Notes: generated by a model from the letters alone, not told the origin. A stretch of 64,000 bases of DNA from Clostridia bacterium (GCA_004347685.1 SLTJ01000013.1:1655-65654), one strand, 5' to 3'. Positions 47,050-57,247 are shown, counted from the stretch's first letter. Numbers and translations are program-made.

Positions 47050-48597
47050 CTACCGCCGGCGGAACAAGCTACTTACCAGCGCTAATTGGTCCTGGCCCAG
47101 AGCCACGCTGGCCAGCAAGTAAACCAGGACCCCGACCCCCACGCCGGCGGTCACGACAATCGCCTGTCCCATCTTCGTCCCCATCTCCACCAGGCCGGCG
47201 ACGTAATCAGCCGTCAGGCTGACCAGGACAGCCATGAGCAGAGAAGCCATCAGGCTCCTGACCACCGAACCGCCCACGCCGTAGCGACCCAGACCGCCCA
47301 CGCGGCGGCCGATGAGGATCACCAGCAACAGCACATTGAGAACGCCAGCCAGAGAATAGGCCAGGGCCAGCCCGCCCGCTCCCAGCACCCGGACGAGGAG
47401 CAGGTTAAGGATAATGTTGGCGGCAATAGTAATAATCGCCACGATTACTGGGGTGCGGGTATCCTGGAGGGCATAAAAGGCGCGGTTCAAGAGCTGGATG
47501 CTGCCATAGGCAAAGATCCCGGCACAATAAAAGAGCAGGACCACCGAGGTGGCGGCGGTGTTGGCGGCGGTAAACTGCCCCTGCTCGAAAAGCAAGCTGA
47601 TTAGCGGCATCCTGAGGACGGCCAGCCCGGTTTGCGCCGGGATCATTATAAAGAGCATGGCCTTGAGGCCACTGGCCAGGGTACGGCGATAATTTTCCAG
47701 TTCCTCCCGGGCAGCTTGTCCGGTGAGGGTGGGAAAAACGGCTACCCCCACAGCTACGGCAAAGATACCGATAGGGAGCTGCATTAGCCGCTGGCCGGTG
47801 CGGAGCACCGCCACCGTACCCGCCGGCAGGCTGGAAGCCAGGTTCTGGTTAACGAAAAGGTTGAGCTGAGTGACCGAAAGCCCGACCAGCACCGGCAAGA
47901 TCAAGGTCCCAATCCGGCGGACGCCGGGATGCCTTAGATCCAGGCTAAAATGGTAGTGCAGGCCGTGGCGGATGAGGGCCGGCACCTGGACCGCGAAATT
48001 GGCCACCGCCCCCACCACCACCCCGATGGAGAAGCCCGCAATTCCTAGATAGGGAGCCAGGGCGGCCCCGACCACAATTATGCCTAGATTGTAGAGGATG
48101 GCGCCGATGGCCGGGCTGGTAAAATGCTGGTGGGCGTTCAGGATGCCCATGGAAAGCCCGGTCAAAGCCATAAAGAAGGTCTGGATAAACATGATGCGGG
48201 TAAGCTTGACGGTGAGGACTGTGGTTTCCGGTGCAAAACCTGGAACCAGGGCGTAAATGAGCTGCGGAGTAAAAATATAGCCCAGGGTAATACCCGCTGC
48301 CATGAGGAGGGTGATCAGGTTGAACACGGTACTGGCTGTCTTCCAGGCGTCCTCCTGCTTGTTGGTGGCCAGGTAACCGGAAAATACCGGGATAAAGGCC
48401 GAGCTCAAGGCTCCGCCCACCAGCAGCATATACAGAAAATCCGGGATGGAAAAGGCCGCGTTATAAGCATCGGTGACGGCGTTCTGCCCGAAGCGGGCAT
48501 AGATCACCATGTCCCTGACATATCCCAGCACCCGGGATACTACCATGGCCAGCATGATGAACCCGGCAGCGCTGGCCAGGCCGCCCCTTTTCGCCAT
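47050..48597 (-). CDS. murJ: lipid II flippase MurJ (MviN / SpoVB family)
   Basis: 515 aa, about 14 TM segments: SRVLGYVRDMVIYARFG. Confidence 0.92.
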   Translation of the reverse strand: MAKRGGLASAAGFIMLAMVVSRVLGYVRDMVIYARFGQNAVTDAYNAAFSIPDFLYMLLVGGALSSAFIPVFSGYLATNKQEDAWKTASTVFNLITLLMAAGITLGYIFTPQLIYALVPGFAPETTVLTVKLTRIMFIQTFFMALTGLSMGILNAHQHFTSPAIGAILYNLGIIVVGAALAPYLGIAGFSIGVVVGAVANFAVQVPALIRHGLHYHFSLDLRHPGVRRIGTLILPVLVGLSVTQLNLFVNQNLASSLPAGTVAVLRTGQRLMQLPIGIFAVAVGVAVFPTLTGQAAREELENYRRTLASGLKAMLFIMIPAQTGLAVLRMPLISLLFEQGQFTAANTAATSVVLLFYCAGIFAYGSIQLLNRAFYALQDTRTPVIVAIITIAANIILNLLLVRVLGAGGLALAYSLAGVLNVLLLVILIGRRVGGLGRYGVGGSVVRSLMASLLMAVLVSLTADYVAGLVEMGTKMGQAIVVTAGVGVGVLVYLLASVALGQDQLALVSSLFRRR

Positions 48598-48812
48598 GTT
48601 TTTCCTTCTCCCTGTGGGGTTTGACTACCGTAGCATTATACACCAAAAAGGTTGGACATCACCAGGTCAGGGGCCCGGGGAGAGAAAAAAAGCTGGAAGG
48701 AGGACTGGCCCGGGAGCATAAGGTAGAACTCCCGCAGGCCATGTAAGAATGTGCCCGGCGTCAAGGGCGCCGCTGGCGTCACCACCAGGGATGCCGAAAC
48801 CGGCGGAGCACG

Positions 48813-49907
48813 CTAATCCTCGTGGGTAACGACCTCCGCCAGGACGTGGGCCAGCAGCCTGGCGGCCCGCTTGGCTTCTTCCAGGGAGTTCTCGGCAGTG
48901 CCCACCTCCACCAGAATCGCCTGAGGAGAAAGGTGCTGGTTATAGCGGCCGTGCTGCACCCGCACCCCCCGGCTCATGCCCGGATAAAAGGCCGCCATCG
49001 TTTCTTTTATGTGGTTGGCAAGAGCCAGGTTTTCCCGCCAACGCGGGTGAGGTAGGGTATGCTCACTCCCTACTACCAGCAATACCTTGGCCACATTTTG
49101 CCCTTGCCAGGTAAAGCTTTCGGCCCCAATTCCCGCATCCCGGTGTACATCAACAATAAGCCGCAGATGCGGGTAGGCGGCCAGGGCCTGGCTCACCGTT
49201 CGGGCCGAATTCCCATACGAACCCGAGAAGTCAGGATAATCGTGGATGGTTCGCGAGAAGGCCACCGTTACACCGTACGTTCCTTCAAGTTCATGTGCCA
49301 GTTCGGCAGCTACCTCGGTAATACCGGCGTTCTGGCCTTCTTCCTTAGCCACGCCGGCGGTGGGGATATAGGTTTCCGCATTATGAGTAGTATAGATGAA
49401 TACCTGCGGTTCACCATTCGCCGGGGCGGCTGAGCCATCCCGGTGTAATTCCGGAACCTCCGGGTCCTCCCCCGTCCGGCCCGGAAGCCCGCTGCCGGTG
49501 CCGCTCCCCTGGGGTTCGCCAGGGAATGGTGGTATGCCCTGGCCCAAGACCGGCTCTACCTGGCCGTCAACCTGGCCGTAAGGTAGCTTTCGCTCCGGCT
49601 CCTCACCCCGAGCCACCTGCGATTGCCGGCGGCCCAGGACCTGGACTACGGCCAGTTGGGAATCCAGTACCTCTTCGGCCCCGAGCCTGGCCGGCAAGAT
49701 TTCTTGACCCGAGGCCAAACCGGGAAACTCCCAGGAAACCAGCCAGGCTTGTACACCGGGTCTGACCAGCATTTCCCGCAAAAAAGGGAATGCGACCTGG
49801 CGCGCCAAGCCCCAGGCCGCGAACGCCACTATTGCCACCATGGCAAAAAGAAAGGCCTGGCGCAAGAAGAATTTTCCCGGACGGCCCACCACGTAGATGT
49901 GGCGCAA
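48813..49907 (-). CDS. spoIIP: stage II sporulation protein P
   Basis: IYTTHNAETY ... DVHRDA ... amidase-like core. TTG start after GAGGTGA. Confidence 0.9.
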   Translation of the reverse strand: MRHIYVVGRPGKFFLRQAFLFAMVAIVAFAAWGLARQVAFPFLREMLVRPGVQAWLVSWEFPGLASGQEILPARLGAEEVLDSQLAVVQVLGRRQSQVARGEEPERKLPYGQVDGQVEPVLGQGIPPFPGEPQGSGTGSGLPGRTGEDPEVPELHRDGSAAPANGEPQVFIYTTHNAETYIPTAGVAKEEGQNAGITEVAAELAHELEGTYGVTVAFSRTIHDYPDFSGSYGNSARTVSQALAAYPHLRLIVDVHRDAGIGAESFTWQGQNVAKVLLVVGSEHTLPHPRWRENLALANHIKETMAAFYPGMSRGVRVQHGRYNQHLSPQAILVEVGTAENSLEEAKRAARLLAHVLAEVVTHED

Positions 49908-49932
49908 GGTACTTCACCTCGGTTACCGTCCT

Positions 49933-49962
49933 ATTCTTATGCGGCCAAGCCCTTAGATATGC
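49933..49962 (-). promoter_or_regulatory. candidate sigma-E promoter for spoIIP
   Basis: On the minus strand: GCATATC, 14 nt spacer, CATAAGAAT. Fits the kmATATT-14-CATACAnT pattern. Confidence 0.45.
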
Positions 49963-50049
49963 CGCCTTACCTTGGCTCGGGACCCAAGGATGGCATTTTG
50001 TCTTCATCGCCTCGTCCCGGTGTGCCGTCCAGTCGCGCCCCCACCGGAT

Positions 50050-50388
50050 TTAGCGCAGGGCGGTAGGAACAAAGGTATCTACAACACCGATTACCAGTGC
50101 CGCCAGTATCGCCCCCAGCACGTTAACCGAGAGGTAGGCCGGAATAATAAATTGGGCGACGTAAATTACCACTGCTGAAGTGATAAACCCGACAATGCCT
50201 CGCCGCTGGGGGGAGATGCGATCGCCGAAAATGGTCTCCACCAGGTACCCCAAAAGGGCGATCACCGCAGCGGCAATCAACGCCCCGGCAAAACCAGAAA
50301 CCCTGATACCCGGCAAAAGCCATCCGATAACCAGAAGCACCAAAGCCGAAACTACGAACCGGATTATCAGCCCTATCCACCTGTTCAT
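50050..50388 (-). CDS. DUF360 / phage-holin-IV family 4-TM membrane protein
   Basis: MNRWIGLIIRFVVSALVLLVIGWLLPGI ... Start ATG 50388 after AAAGGAGGTGGGAC. Confidence 0.8.
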   Translation of the reverse strand: MNRWIGLIIRFVVSALVLLVIGWLLPGIRVSGFAGALIAAAVIALLGYLVETIFGDRISPQRRGIVGFITSAVVIYVAQFIIPAYLSVNVLGAILAALVIGVVDTFVPTALR

Positions 50389-50470
50389 TGTCCCACCTCC
50401 TTTTTCGGTCTGTGAGCCACTCATATAATTACCTAAAAATGGCCGGTTTATACAAAGTCCACAGGTGAGC

Positions 50471-50499
50471 TTGCGCTAAGGGCCGGGCCATGCTAAAAT
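50471..50499 (+). promoter_or_regulatory. sigma-A promoter for rpsT
   Basis: TTGCGC, 17 nt spacer, TGCTAAAAT (extended -10). Confidence 0.6.
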
Positions 50500-50528
50500 A
50501 TAGCCTGGTAAAGGAAGGAGGAGAACGA

Positions 50529-50804
50529 GTGGCCAATATCAAATCTGCAGCCAAGAGGGCCGCGCTGGCCGAAACCAGGAGGGAGCGCAACGCCAGTATC
50601 AAGTCCAGCGCCAAGACAGCCATCCGCCGCTTCGATGAAGCCCTGCGGAGCGGCGATATTGACAGCGCCGGGGAAAAACTGATTCAGGCGGTTCGCAGGC
50701 TGGACAAAGCCACTACCAAGGGCGTAATTCACCCCCGGACAACCGCCCGCAAGAAATCCCGGCTTTATGCCCGCTTTAACAACATGAAAAAACAGGCAGA
50801 GTAG
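50529..50804 (+). CDS. rpsT: 30S ribosomal protein S20
   Basis: ANIKSAAKRAALAETRRERNASIKSSAKTAIRRF. GTG start after GGAGGAG. Confidence 0.95.
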   Translation: MANIKSAAKRAALAETRRERNASIKSSAKTAIRRFDEALRSGDIDSAGEKLIQAVRRLDKATTKGVIHPRTTARKKSRLYARFNNMKKQAE

Positions 50805-51018
50805 GAGGCTGTTGCAGAAAGCCTTCTGCCATCTATTCCAGGCCGGCAAACGCGGCCAGAGTCCGCTGCAAACGAGAATTGACGCTCTGAGCGGGCTGGT
50901 CTCCAAGCCGGCTATTTGTTTTTACGCCCAAATTGCCAGCAGGTAGCAGTTTTTTTTCAACGGGCCGGGTACATAATAAGACTGTTGCCACCTATTCACT
51001 ATGAAAGGAGGAGAAAAG

Positions 51019-51261
51019 TTGGCGCAGCAAACGTACGGCGCGGCCAAGACTCAGGCTGAAATCAAACGCGAGCAGCAGGGCCGGCAACAGCAGAACCAGG
51101 AGAACCAGCAGGTGTTCTCTACGGCTGACCAGGGCGGCGCCGGTTCGGCCAAGACTGATGCCGAAAAAAACCGTGAACAGCAGTTGACCCAGTCGGCCAG
51201 ACAGCAATACGAGGAGAATAAAGCTGCCTTTGCCCAGGCGGAGCAAAAACGGAATCAGTAG
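51019..51261 (+). CDS. Gln-rich hydrophilic small protein (possible gamma-type SASP-like spore protein)
   Basis: 80 aa. TTG start 5 nt after AAAGGAGGAG. Internal repeat KTQAEIKREQQ / KTDAEKNREQQ. CATAATA motif upstream. Confidence 0.5.
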   Translation: MAQQTYGAAKTQAEIKREQQGRQQQNQENQQVFSTADQGGAGSAKTDAEKNREQQLTQSARQQYEENKAAFAQAEQKRNQ

Positions 51262-51283
51262 TATCAACTTACACCCTGTTGCT

Positions 51284-52279
51284 TTACAGGGTGATGCGGG
51301 AGCCGGGCGCCAGGGAAAGCAAAAACAGTTCCAGTACCAGGGGAGCGTCGGCTCCTCTTTTTAGTTTCAGGTCAACTTCCAGCAATCGCTCGGTGGCGGC
51401 CGCCAGTTCCGCCGGCGTGTAATTGCGTACCTGCCGCCCCAGTTTGCGGGCCACAAATTCCGGCACTCCCAGTTCCTTGGCCACAGCCGCCGGATTTCCT
51501 TGACTGTGCCCAGCCCGGGCCAGCAGGCGCAACTGGCGGCCGATCATAAATTCCGCCCGCAAGGGCGGCTCGCCTTGAGACAGTAATTGGCGCAACCAGA
51601 CCAGAGCCTCGCCTATTTGCCGCAAGCCGACGGCATCCACCAGACGGAAAATGGTAGCTTCCGGTTCGGCCTGGGTCATTTCTTGCACGTCCTGCAGGGT
51701 AACGTTCTTCTCAGGCCAGACATACAGGGCACACTTCTCGACCTCCTCAGCCAGAGCCGCCAGGTCGCCGGAACCGGTTGCCACCAGGTATTCGACCGCG
51801 GCCGGGGCCATGGTCAGGCCCAGCCAGTGGCAGCGCTGACGGAGCCAGGCGGCTAACTGTTCCCCCTTGAGCGGTTTACACTCTACCAGCCACCCCTTTT
51901 TCTGACCGGCCTTGACCAGGGTGCCTGTCCCCTGAACCTCTTCCCCACCGGTTATCAGCAGACAAGCGCCGGGGAAGGGGTTCTCCATGTAGGCTACCAG
52001 GGCCTTTTCCCATTCCCGGTTGCCAGCGGCGTTTTCCAGTACCAATACCCGGGACCCTCCCCCCCAGGCCGGGGTGCGGACCAGGGTCAGGAGATAGTCA
52101 GGGGCTGTTTCCCTGGCGTTGAATTTCTGGAAATTAAAGGCTTCCATTTCCTGGCGGAGCAGGCGGGACTTCACCGTATCCACCGCCTCCCGCTGCAAAT
52201 AGGTTTCCGGACCGACCAAAAGGTAGACCGGAGCGATATGGCCCCGGTCTATTTCCCCCAACCATTGCGCGTAAAGCAT
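51284..52279 (-). CDS. holA: DNA polymerase III delta subunit
   Basis: 331 aa: PVYLLVGPETYL ... typical HolA length and position. Confidence 0.9.
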   Translation of the reverse strand: MLYAQWLGEIDRGHIAPVYLLVGPETYLQREAVDTVKSRLLRQEMEAFNFQKFNARETAPDYLLTLVRTPAWGGGSRVLVLENAAGNREWEKALVAYMENPFPGACLLITGGEEVQGTGTLVKAGQKKGWLVECKPLKGEQLAAWLRQRCHWLGLTMAPAAVEYLVATGSGDLAALAEEVEKCALYVWPEKNVTLQDVQEMTQAEPEATIFRLVDAVGLRQIGEALVWLRQLLSQGEPPLRAEFMIGRQLRLLARAGHSQGNPAAVAKELGVPEFVARKLGRQVRNYTPAELAAATERLLEVDLKLKRGADAPLVLELFLLSLAPGSRITL

Positions 52280-52280
52280 G

Positions 52281-53477
52281 CTACCACCCCAACTGCTCCG
52301 GCCAGGCCGCCAGGGTCACCTCGATACCAGTACGCCGCCCGTCCCGAAAAATGTCCAGGGTTACTTGCTGTCCCACCTTCAGCTTGTCTATCTCGTTATA
52401 AAGGGCATCCATGCTCTTGATCGCCCGGCCACCCACCGCGGCAATGATGTCACCCTGGCTCAGGTTGACCATACCGCTGTACGTCGAACCGCCGCCCGCC
52501 GCAGCCCGGATCCCGGCCTTGTCCGCCGGCCCGTCCGGTATCACCTGGGCCACCAGCACCCCTTCTTTCACCGGCAGTTTCCACTCCTGGGCCAGTTGCG
52601 GCGTGACGGTAATCCCGCTGATGCCCAGCCACGGGTGCTTCACTTCCTTGCCGGCCAGCAGGTCAGGGAGAAAACGCTTCACGGTGTCCACCGGCACGGC
52701 AAAACCGATGCCGATAGAGCCCTCGGTGGGGCTCTTAATGGCGGTGTTGATCCCGATCACATCTCCCCGGGCATTAAGCAGCGGCCCCCCGGAATTCCCG
52801 GGGTTGATGGCGGCATCGGTCTGAATGACGTCCTTAATGTCGCGGCCGGTTTCTGCCGGAAGCACGCGGCCCTTGGCGCTGATCACCCCCACCGTCACCG
52901 TGCGCTCCAGGCCGAAGGGGTTGCCCAGGGCGATGGCCAACTCCCCGACCCGCAAGTTATCAGAGCTTCCGAGGGTGGCGATGGCCGTCCCCTCCCCCGA
53001 CGGATCAATCTTGATCACCGCTAAGTCGTTGCTATGATCAAAGCCCAGCAATTTCCCCGGGACGATGTTGCCATTGGCCAGGCTGACCTGGATTTCCCGC
53101 GCCCCGTCCACCACGTGAAAATTGGTAAGGATGTGGCCCTCGGAATCAATGATAAAGCCCGAACCCGACTTTTCCTCGGCCACAGGGAAATAGAACCCGC
53201 GCATACCCATCGAACGCACCGTAATACCCACCACGGCCGGCGCCACCCGCTCGTAGATCCGCGGTACCAGATCCTGGTCCTGCTCGAGGATAGGCAGGGC
53301 CGCCGGCAAAGTGGCTGCCGGAGCGGGGGGAGGGTTGGCCTGCACCGCTTCGTCGCGGTCGGCATTGAACCAGTACCAGGCCGTTCCCGTACCTACTGCC
53401 GCCCCCACGAAGATAACCAGCAACACCGCCAGGATAAGTAAAGCCCTTTCCCAGGCACTGCCGCGAGCCGTTCCCAT
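52281..53477 (-). CDS. htrA: HtrA/DegP-family serine protease with PDZ domain
   Basis: TM anchor. Catalytic TNFHVV ... DLAVIK ... GNSGGPL. C-terminal PDZ domain. Confidence 0.93.
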   Translation of the reverse strand: MGTARGSAWERALLILAVLLVIFVGAAVGTGTAWYWFNADRDEAVQANPPPAPAATLPAALPILEQDQDLVPRIYERVAPAVVGITVRSMGMRGFYFPVAEEKSGSGFIIDSEGHILTNFHVVDGAREIQVSLANGNIVPGKLLGFDHSNDLAVIKIDPSGEGTAIATLGSSDNLRVGELAIALGNPFGLERTVTVGVISAKGRVLPAETGRDIKDVIQTDAAINPGNSGGPLLNARGDVIGINTAIKSPTEGSIGIGFAVPVDTVKRFLPDLLAGKEVKHPWLGISGITVTPQLAQEWKLPVKEGVLVAQVIPDGPADKAGIRAAAGGGSTYSGMVNLSQGDIIAAVGGRAIKSMDALYNEIDKLKVGQQVTLDIFRDGRRTGIEVTLAAWPEQLGW

Positions 53478-53498
53478 GATAATCCCCCTTCTTCAACC

Positions 53499-53619
53499 GC
53501 TACTCAGGCCACCCTGTCGGCGGCCTTGCCGCCACTTTGGCGAAGCCTGATAACCCGGCTTGCGCCGTCAGTCAGACGTTCGCCGCCAGACCTCCGACCG
53601 GCCTGGAGGCTGAGTAGTT
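53499..53619 (-). repeat. TIR-bounded intergenic element, copy B (htrA leader)
   Basis: Shares the blocks ctactcaggccacc, gataacccggct, gttcgccgccaga and ggctgagtagtt with 57248-57384. The ends are mutually complementary. Confidence 0.8.
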
Positions 53620-53620
53620 G

Positions 53621-53723
53621 CAGATATTATAGCACGTCTTGCCAGAAAACTAAACCCCGTACCTGCGCGGCTGAATACGACCCTCCCAGATATTATTGCA
53701 TATAGCACATCTTGCCAGAAAAC
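53621..53723 (-). promoter_or_regulatory. tandemly duplicated promoter-like repeat upstream of htrA
   Basis: 30-nt unit (53621-53650) repeated at 53687-53723 with a 7-nt insertion. On the minus strand the proximal unit carries TGCTATAAT, which places the TSS at the element edge. Confidence 0.45.
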
Positions 53724-53849
53724 GCAGCCGGAAACAACGCCTTTTAGATCGTGTCGCTAATTGGCCCGGTGTATGCACAGACGCCGCTCCGCGGAGAATT
53801 AATCACTCTCTCAGCATCCTGATACCAATACTCAAAGATGGGGTGAAAC

Positions 53850-54599
53850 TCAATATATGGTGATCAAATCCTTAAGCTGCTCAAAGCGCTTGTCTCCGAT
53901 GCCGGAGACGTTTTTCAGGTCCTCAGGGGCGCGGAAGGGGCCGTTCCGGGTACGGTAGTCAATGATGCGTTGAGAGAGGGCCGGGCCGATGCCGGGCAGG
54001 GTCTCCAGTTCAGCTTGGGAAGCGGTGTTGACATTTACCTGGCCGCCGCTCCCGGGAGCTGCCGGCAGGTTGCCGCCAGAGCCGGGGGCGGGTGCCATCA
54101 CGCCGCCGGGCCCCGGCCCGGGGAGGCCGGTACTGCCGGGGCCAACCTCCCCCACCTTCGGCACCACTATCTTCTGCCCGTCCACCAGGGGCGCGGCCAG
54201 GTTCAGGGCCTGCAGGTCGGCTTCCGGCAGGGGGCTGGCCGCCTCCACGGCGTCCACCACTCTGGCCCTGGCCGCTAGATTATATACCCCGGGACCGGCC
54301 ACGGCCCCGGAGACGTGCACATATATTTCCGGGGCCTTGACCGCCGCTCCCGCTTCTGGCCCCGGCGCACCGCCCGCACCCGCCGGGGGTAGCACCAGCG
54401 GCGAGGCTGCCGGCTCCGGCCCGGCCCGCCAGGCCGCGTACTTCACCCCGCCGGCAAAGACCAGAGCCAGCACCATCAGCAGGACCACCGTTTGTACCCT
54501 TTTATCACCCACGGAACCACATCCCCCCGACCGCAAAACTGCCCGCCCCGGAGCCTGAAGCCACGGCCGCGAAAACCCGGCACTGAACTCCCTGTCCAT
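53850..54599 (-). CDS. comEA: competence protein ComEA (SLBB + helix-hairpin-helix DNA binding)
   Basis: IYVHVSGAVAGPGVY ... VNVNTASQAELETLPGIGPALSQRIIDYR. Real start probably internal (GTG around 54512). Confidence 0.88.
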   Translation of the reverse strand: MDREFSAGFSRPWLQAPGRAVLRSGGCGSVGDKRVQTVVLLMVLALVFAGGVKYAAWRAGPEPAASPLVLPPAGAGGAPGPEAGAAVKAPEIYVHVSGAVAGPGVYNLAARARVVDAVEAASPLPEADLQALNLAAPLVDGQKIVVPKVGEVGPGSTGLPGPGPGGVMAPAPGSGGNLPAAPGSGGQVNVNTASQAELETLPGIGPALSQRIIDYRTRNGPFRAPEDLKNVSGIGDKRFEQLKDLITIY

Positions 54600-54684
54600 A
54601 CAATGCCATATGCGAGACTTTTACCTGCCGCGTGGCAACGCCACAGACAAGTTGTCTCGCCATTACCAGGTTAATGTCGGGTTC

Positions 54685-54732
54685 TACCTCCGAGCTCCAT
54701 TCCTAACCTCCAGCTTCCAACCTCTAACCTCC
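54685..54732 (-). repeat. SD-like heptad array after leuS stop
   Basis: On the minus strand: CGGAGGT TAGAGGT TGGAAGC TGGAGGT TAGGAAT GGAGCTC GGAGGTA. Confidence 0.7.
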
Positions 54733-54738
54733 GCTCTT

Positions 54739-57234
54739 TCAGCGGCAAACTATATTTACCAGCCGGTCGGGCACCGAGACCATCTTCACGATTTCCTTGC
54801 CCGCGAGGTAGGCGGCCACCCGCTCCCGCCGCAGCACTTCCTCCTCGAGAGCCTGTTCCCGCAAGCCGACCGGCACAGTCAGACGGTCCCGCACCTTGCC
54901 GTTTATCTGCACCACCACCGTCACCTCTTCAGCCGCCAGGGCCTCCTGGTCGGCGACCGGCCAGGTCGCCAGATGGATACTCTCGCGATGACCCATGGCC
55001 TCCCACAGTTCCTCGGTGATGTGGGGCGTAAAGGGGGCGAGCAACAAGAGCAGTTTTTCCACGGCCGCCTTCACCAGGGCCGGGTTCGGCTCCCGGGACC
55101 AAACTTCCTCCCGGTATTGGTAGAGGGCATTTACCAGCTCCATGATAGCACTGACGGCCGTGTTGAAGTTAAAGCGAAGTTCAATATCCTCGGTGACCTT
55201 CTTTACCGTGGCATGGACCTGACGCCGCAGTTCCCGGTCGGCCTTGGTTTTCACCGTTTCCGCCGCGGACACCTCGGCCAGTTCCCCCTGCCAGGAACTA
55301 ACCAGCCGCCAGACCCGGTTCAAGAAGCGGTAACAGCCCTCCACCCCTGCCTCGCTCCACTCCAGGTCCCTCTCCGGGGGAGCGGCAAAGAGGATAAACA
55401 GGCGGGCCGTATCCGCGCCGTAAGCCGCGATTATTTCCTCCGGGCTGACGATGTTGCCCTTGGATTTGGACATCTTGCCCCCATCCTTCAACACCATGCC
55501 CTGGGTGAGGAGGTTGGTAAAGGGCTCGTCGTCCAGCACCAGCCCCAGGTCATGCATTACCTTCATGAAGAAACGGGCGTACATCAGGTGCAGAATAGCG
55601 TGTTCTACGCCGCCGATATACTGGTCCACCGGCATCCAGTAGTCGGTTTCCTGCCGGGTAAAGGGCTCCCTCCCGTCACCGGGGCTGGTATAGCGCAGGA
55701 AATACCAGGAGGAACAGACAAAGGTATCCATAGTATCTGTCTCCCTGCGGGCCGGCCGGCCGCATTGGGGACAGGTAGTGTGCATGAAGGCCGCGCAGGT
55801 GGCCAGGGGCGAGTCCCCGGTGGGTTTAAAGACCACCTCCCGGGGAAGGAACACCGGCAAGTCCGCTTCGGGCACCGGCACCTCACCGCAGTCCGGGCAG
55901 TAGATAATGGGGATGGGCGCGCCCCAGTAGCGCTGCCGCGAGATAAGCCAGTCCCGCAGGCGGTAATTCACCCGCCGGCGGCCCTGGCCGCGCGCCGCGA
56001 TGAAATCGGCCACCGCCTCCTTTCCCTTCTCGCTTTCCAAACCGGCAAAAGGACCGGAGTTGACCATGAGGCCGGGTTCGGTGTAGGCCTGGGTCATGGC
56101 CTCCGGCTCCAGGGGAGTAGCGGGCGGCTGAATAACCACCTTTACCGGCAGCCCGTATTTACGGGCAAACTCCAGATCCCGCTGGTCGTGGGCCGGCACC
56201 CCCATCACCGCGCCCGTGCCGTATTCGGTGACTACGTAGTTGGCCACCCAGACCGGGACCTTCTCGCCGGTAACCGGGTTGACCGCGTACAGGCCGGTGG
56301 GCACGCCTTCCTTCTCCAGTTCGGCGGAGGCGCGGTCCACGGAGCTCAGGCGGGCCACCCGTTCCTGAAACGCCTCGACCTGCGACCGGTTCGGTACCTC
56401 GCCCAGGAAGGCCAGTAGCTCGTGCTCCGGCGCCAGCACCAGATAAGTCACCCCGGCTACCGTGTCAGGGCGGGTGGTAAAAACTGTAATCGTTCGGTCC
56501 GTCCCTTCCAGGACGAAATCTATTTCCAGGCCTGGGCTTTTGCCGATCCAGTTTTCCTGCATCACCTTGACCTTGTCCGGCCAGCCAGGAAGCCGATCCA
56601 GGCCTGCCAACAGCCGGTCGGCATAATCGGTGATGCGGAAAAACCACTGTTCCAGTTCCCTTTTCGTCACCGGCGTATCGCAGCGCTCGCAGGCTCCGTC
56701 CACCACCTGCTCGTTGGCCAGCACGGTGGCGCAGGAGGGACACCAGTTGACGGGCGCCTTCTTTTTGTAAGCCAGACCATGATGGTACAACTGCAAGAAG
56801 AGCCACTGGGTCCAGCGGTAGTAATCGGGCAGGCAGGTGGTCACTTCCCGTCGCCAGTCGTAGCTCAGGCCCAGTTGCTGCAGTTGCCGCCGCATATTGC
56901 TGATATTCCGCGCCGTCCAATCAGCCGGGTGCACCCCCCGGTTGATCGCCGCGTTTTCGGCAGGCAGGCCAAAGGCATCCCACCCCATGGGGTGCAGGAC
57001 GTTAAAACCCCGCATGCGCTTGAACCGGGCCAGCACGTCGCCGATGGAGTAGTTACGCACGTGTCCCATATGCAGGTCCCCCGAGGGGTAGGGAAACATC
57101 TCCAACAAATAGTATTTCGGCCGCGACGGGTCCGCGCCCACCTGGTAAAATCCCTGTTCCTGCCATTTCTGCTGCCACTTGGCCTCAATCTGCTTAAAGT
57201 GATACCGCTCCATGCTCTCTATTTTCTCCTCCAT
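54739..57234 (-). CDS. leuS: leucine--tRNA ligase
   Basis: 831 aa: [18 protein letters not shown]1 editing domain. Alternative start ATG 57213 ([14 protein letters not shown]). Confidence 0.98.
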   Translation of the reverse strand: MEEKIESMERYHFKQIEAKWQQKWQEQGFYQVGADPSRPKYYLLEMFPYPSGDLHMGHVRNYSIGDVLARFKRMRGFNVLHPMGWDAFGLPAENAAINRGVHPADWTARNISNMRRQLQQLGLSYDWRREVTTCLPDYYRWTQWLFLQLYHHGLAYKKKAPVNWCPSCATVLANEQVVDGACERCDTPVTKRELEQWFFRITDYADRLLAGLDRLPGWPDKVKVMQENWIGKSPGLEIDFVLEGTDRTITVFTTRPDTVAGVTYLVLAPEHELLAFLGEVPNRSQVEAFQERVARLSSVDRASAELEKEGVPTGLYAVNPVTGEKVPVWVANYVVTEYGTGAVMGVPAHDQRDLEFARKYGLPVKVVIQPPATPLEPEAMTQAYTEPGLMVNSGPFAGLESEKGKEAVADFIAARGQGRRRVNYRLRDWLISRQRYWGAPIPIIYCPDCGEVPVPEADLPVFLPREVVFKPTGDSPLATCAAFMHTTCPQCGRPARRETDTMDTFVCSSWYFLRYTSPGDGREPFTRQETDYWMPVDQYIGGVEHAILHLMYARFFMKVMHDLGLVLDDEPFTNLLTQGMVLKDGGKMSKSKGNIVSPEEIIAAYGADTARLFILFAAPPERDLEWSEAGVEGCYRFLNRVWRLVSSWQGELAEVSAAETVKTKADRELRRQVHATVKKVTEDIELRFNFNTAVSAIMELVNALYQYREEVWSREPNPALVKAAVEKLLLLLAPFTPHITEELWEAMGHRESIHLATWPVADQEALAAEEVTVVVQINGKVRDRLTVPVGLREQALEEEVLRRERVAAYLAGKEIVKMVSVPDRLVNIVCR

Positions 57235-57247
57235 TGTCTACATTGTC

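Noticed and set aside
44118-47222. 457-aa and 410-aa plus-strand ORFs (44118-45491, 45990-47222)
   Set aside because: Both lie antisense to the EndoQ-helicase gene, whose frame carries every expected motif.
50992-51267. 91-aa minus-strand ORF
   Set aside because: Antisense to the Gln-rich small protein gene. The CAG/CTG-rich sequence gives a Leu-rich mirror frame, and there is no RBS.
54610-56418. 602-aa plus-strand ORF
   Set aside because: Antisense to leuS. No recognisable domain, and it is a GC-rich artefact.
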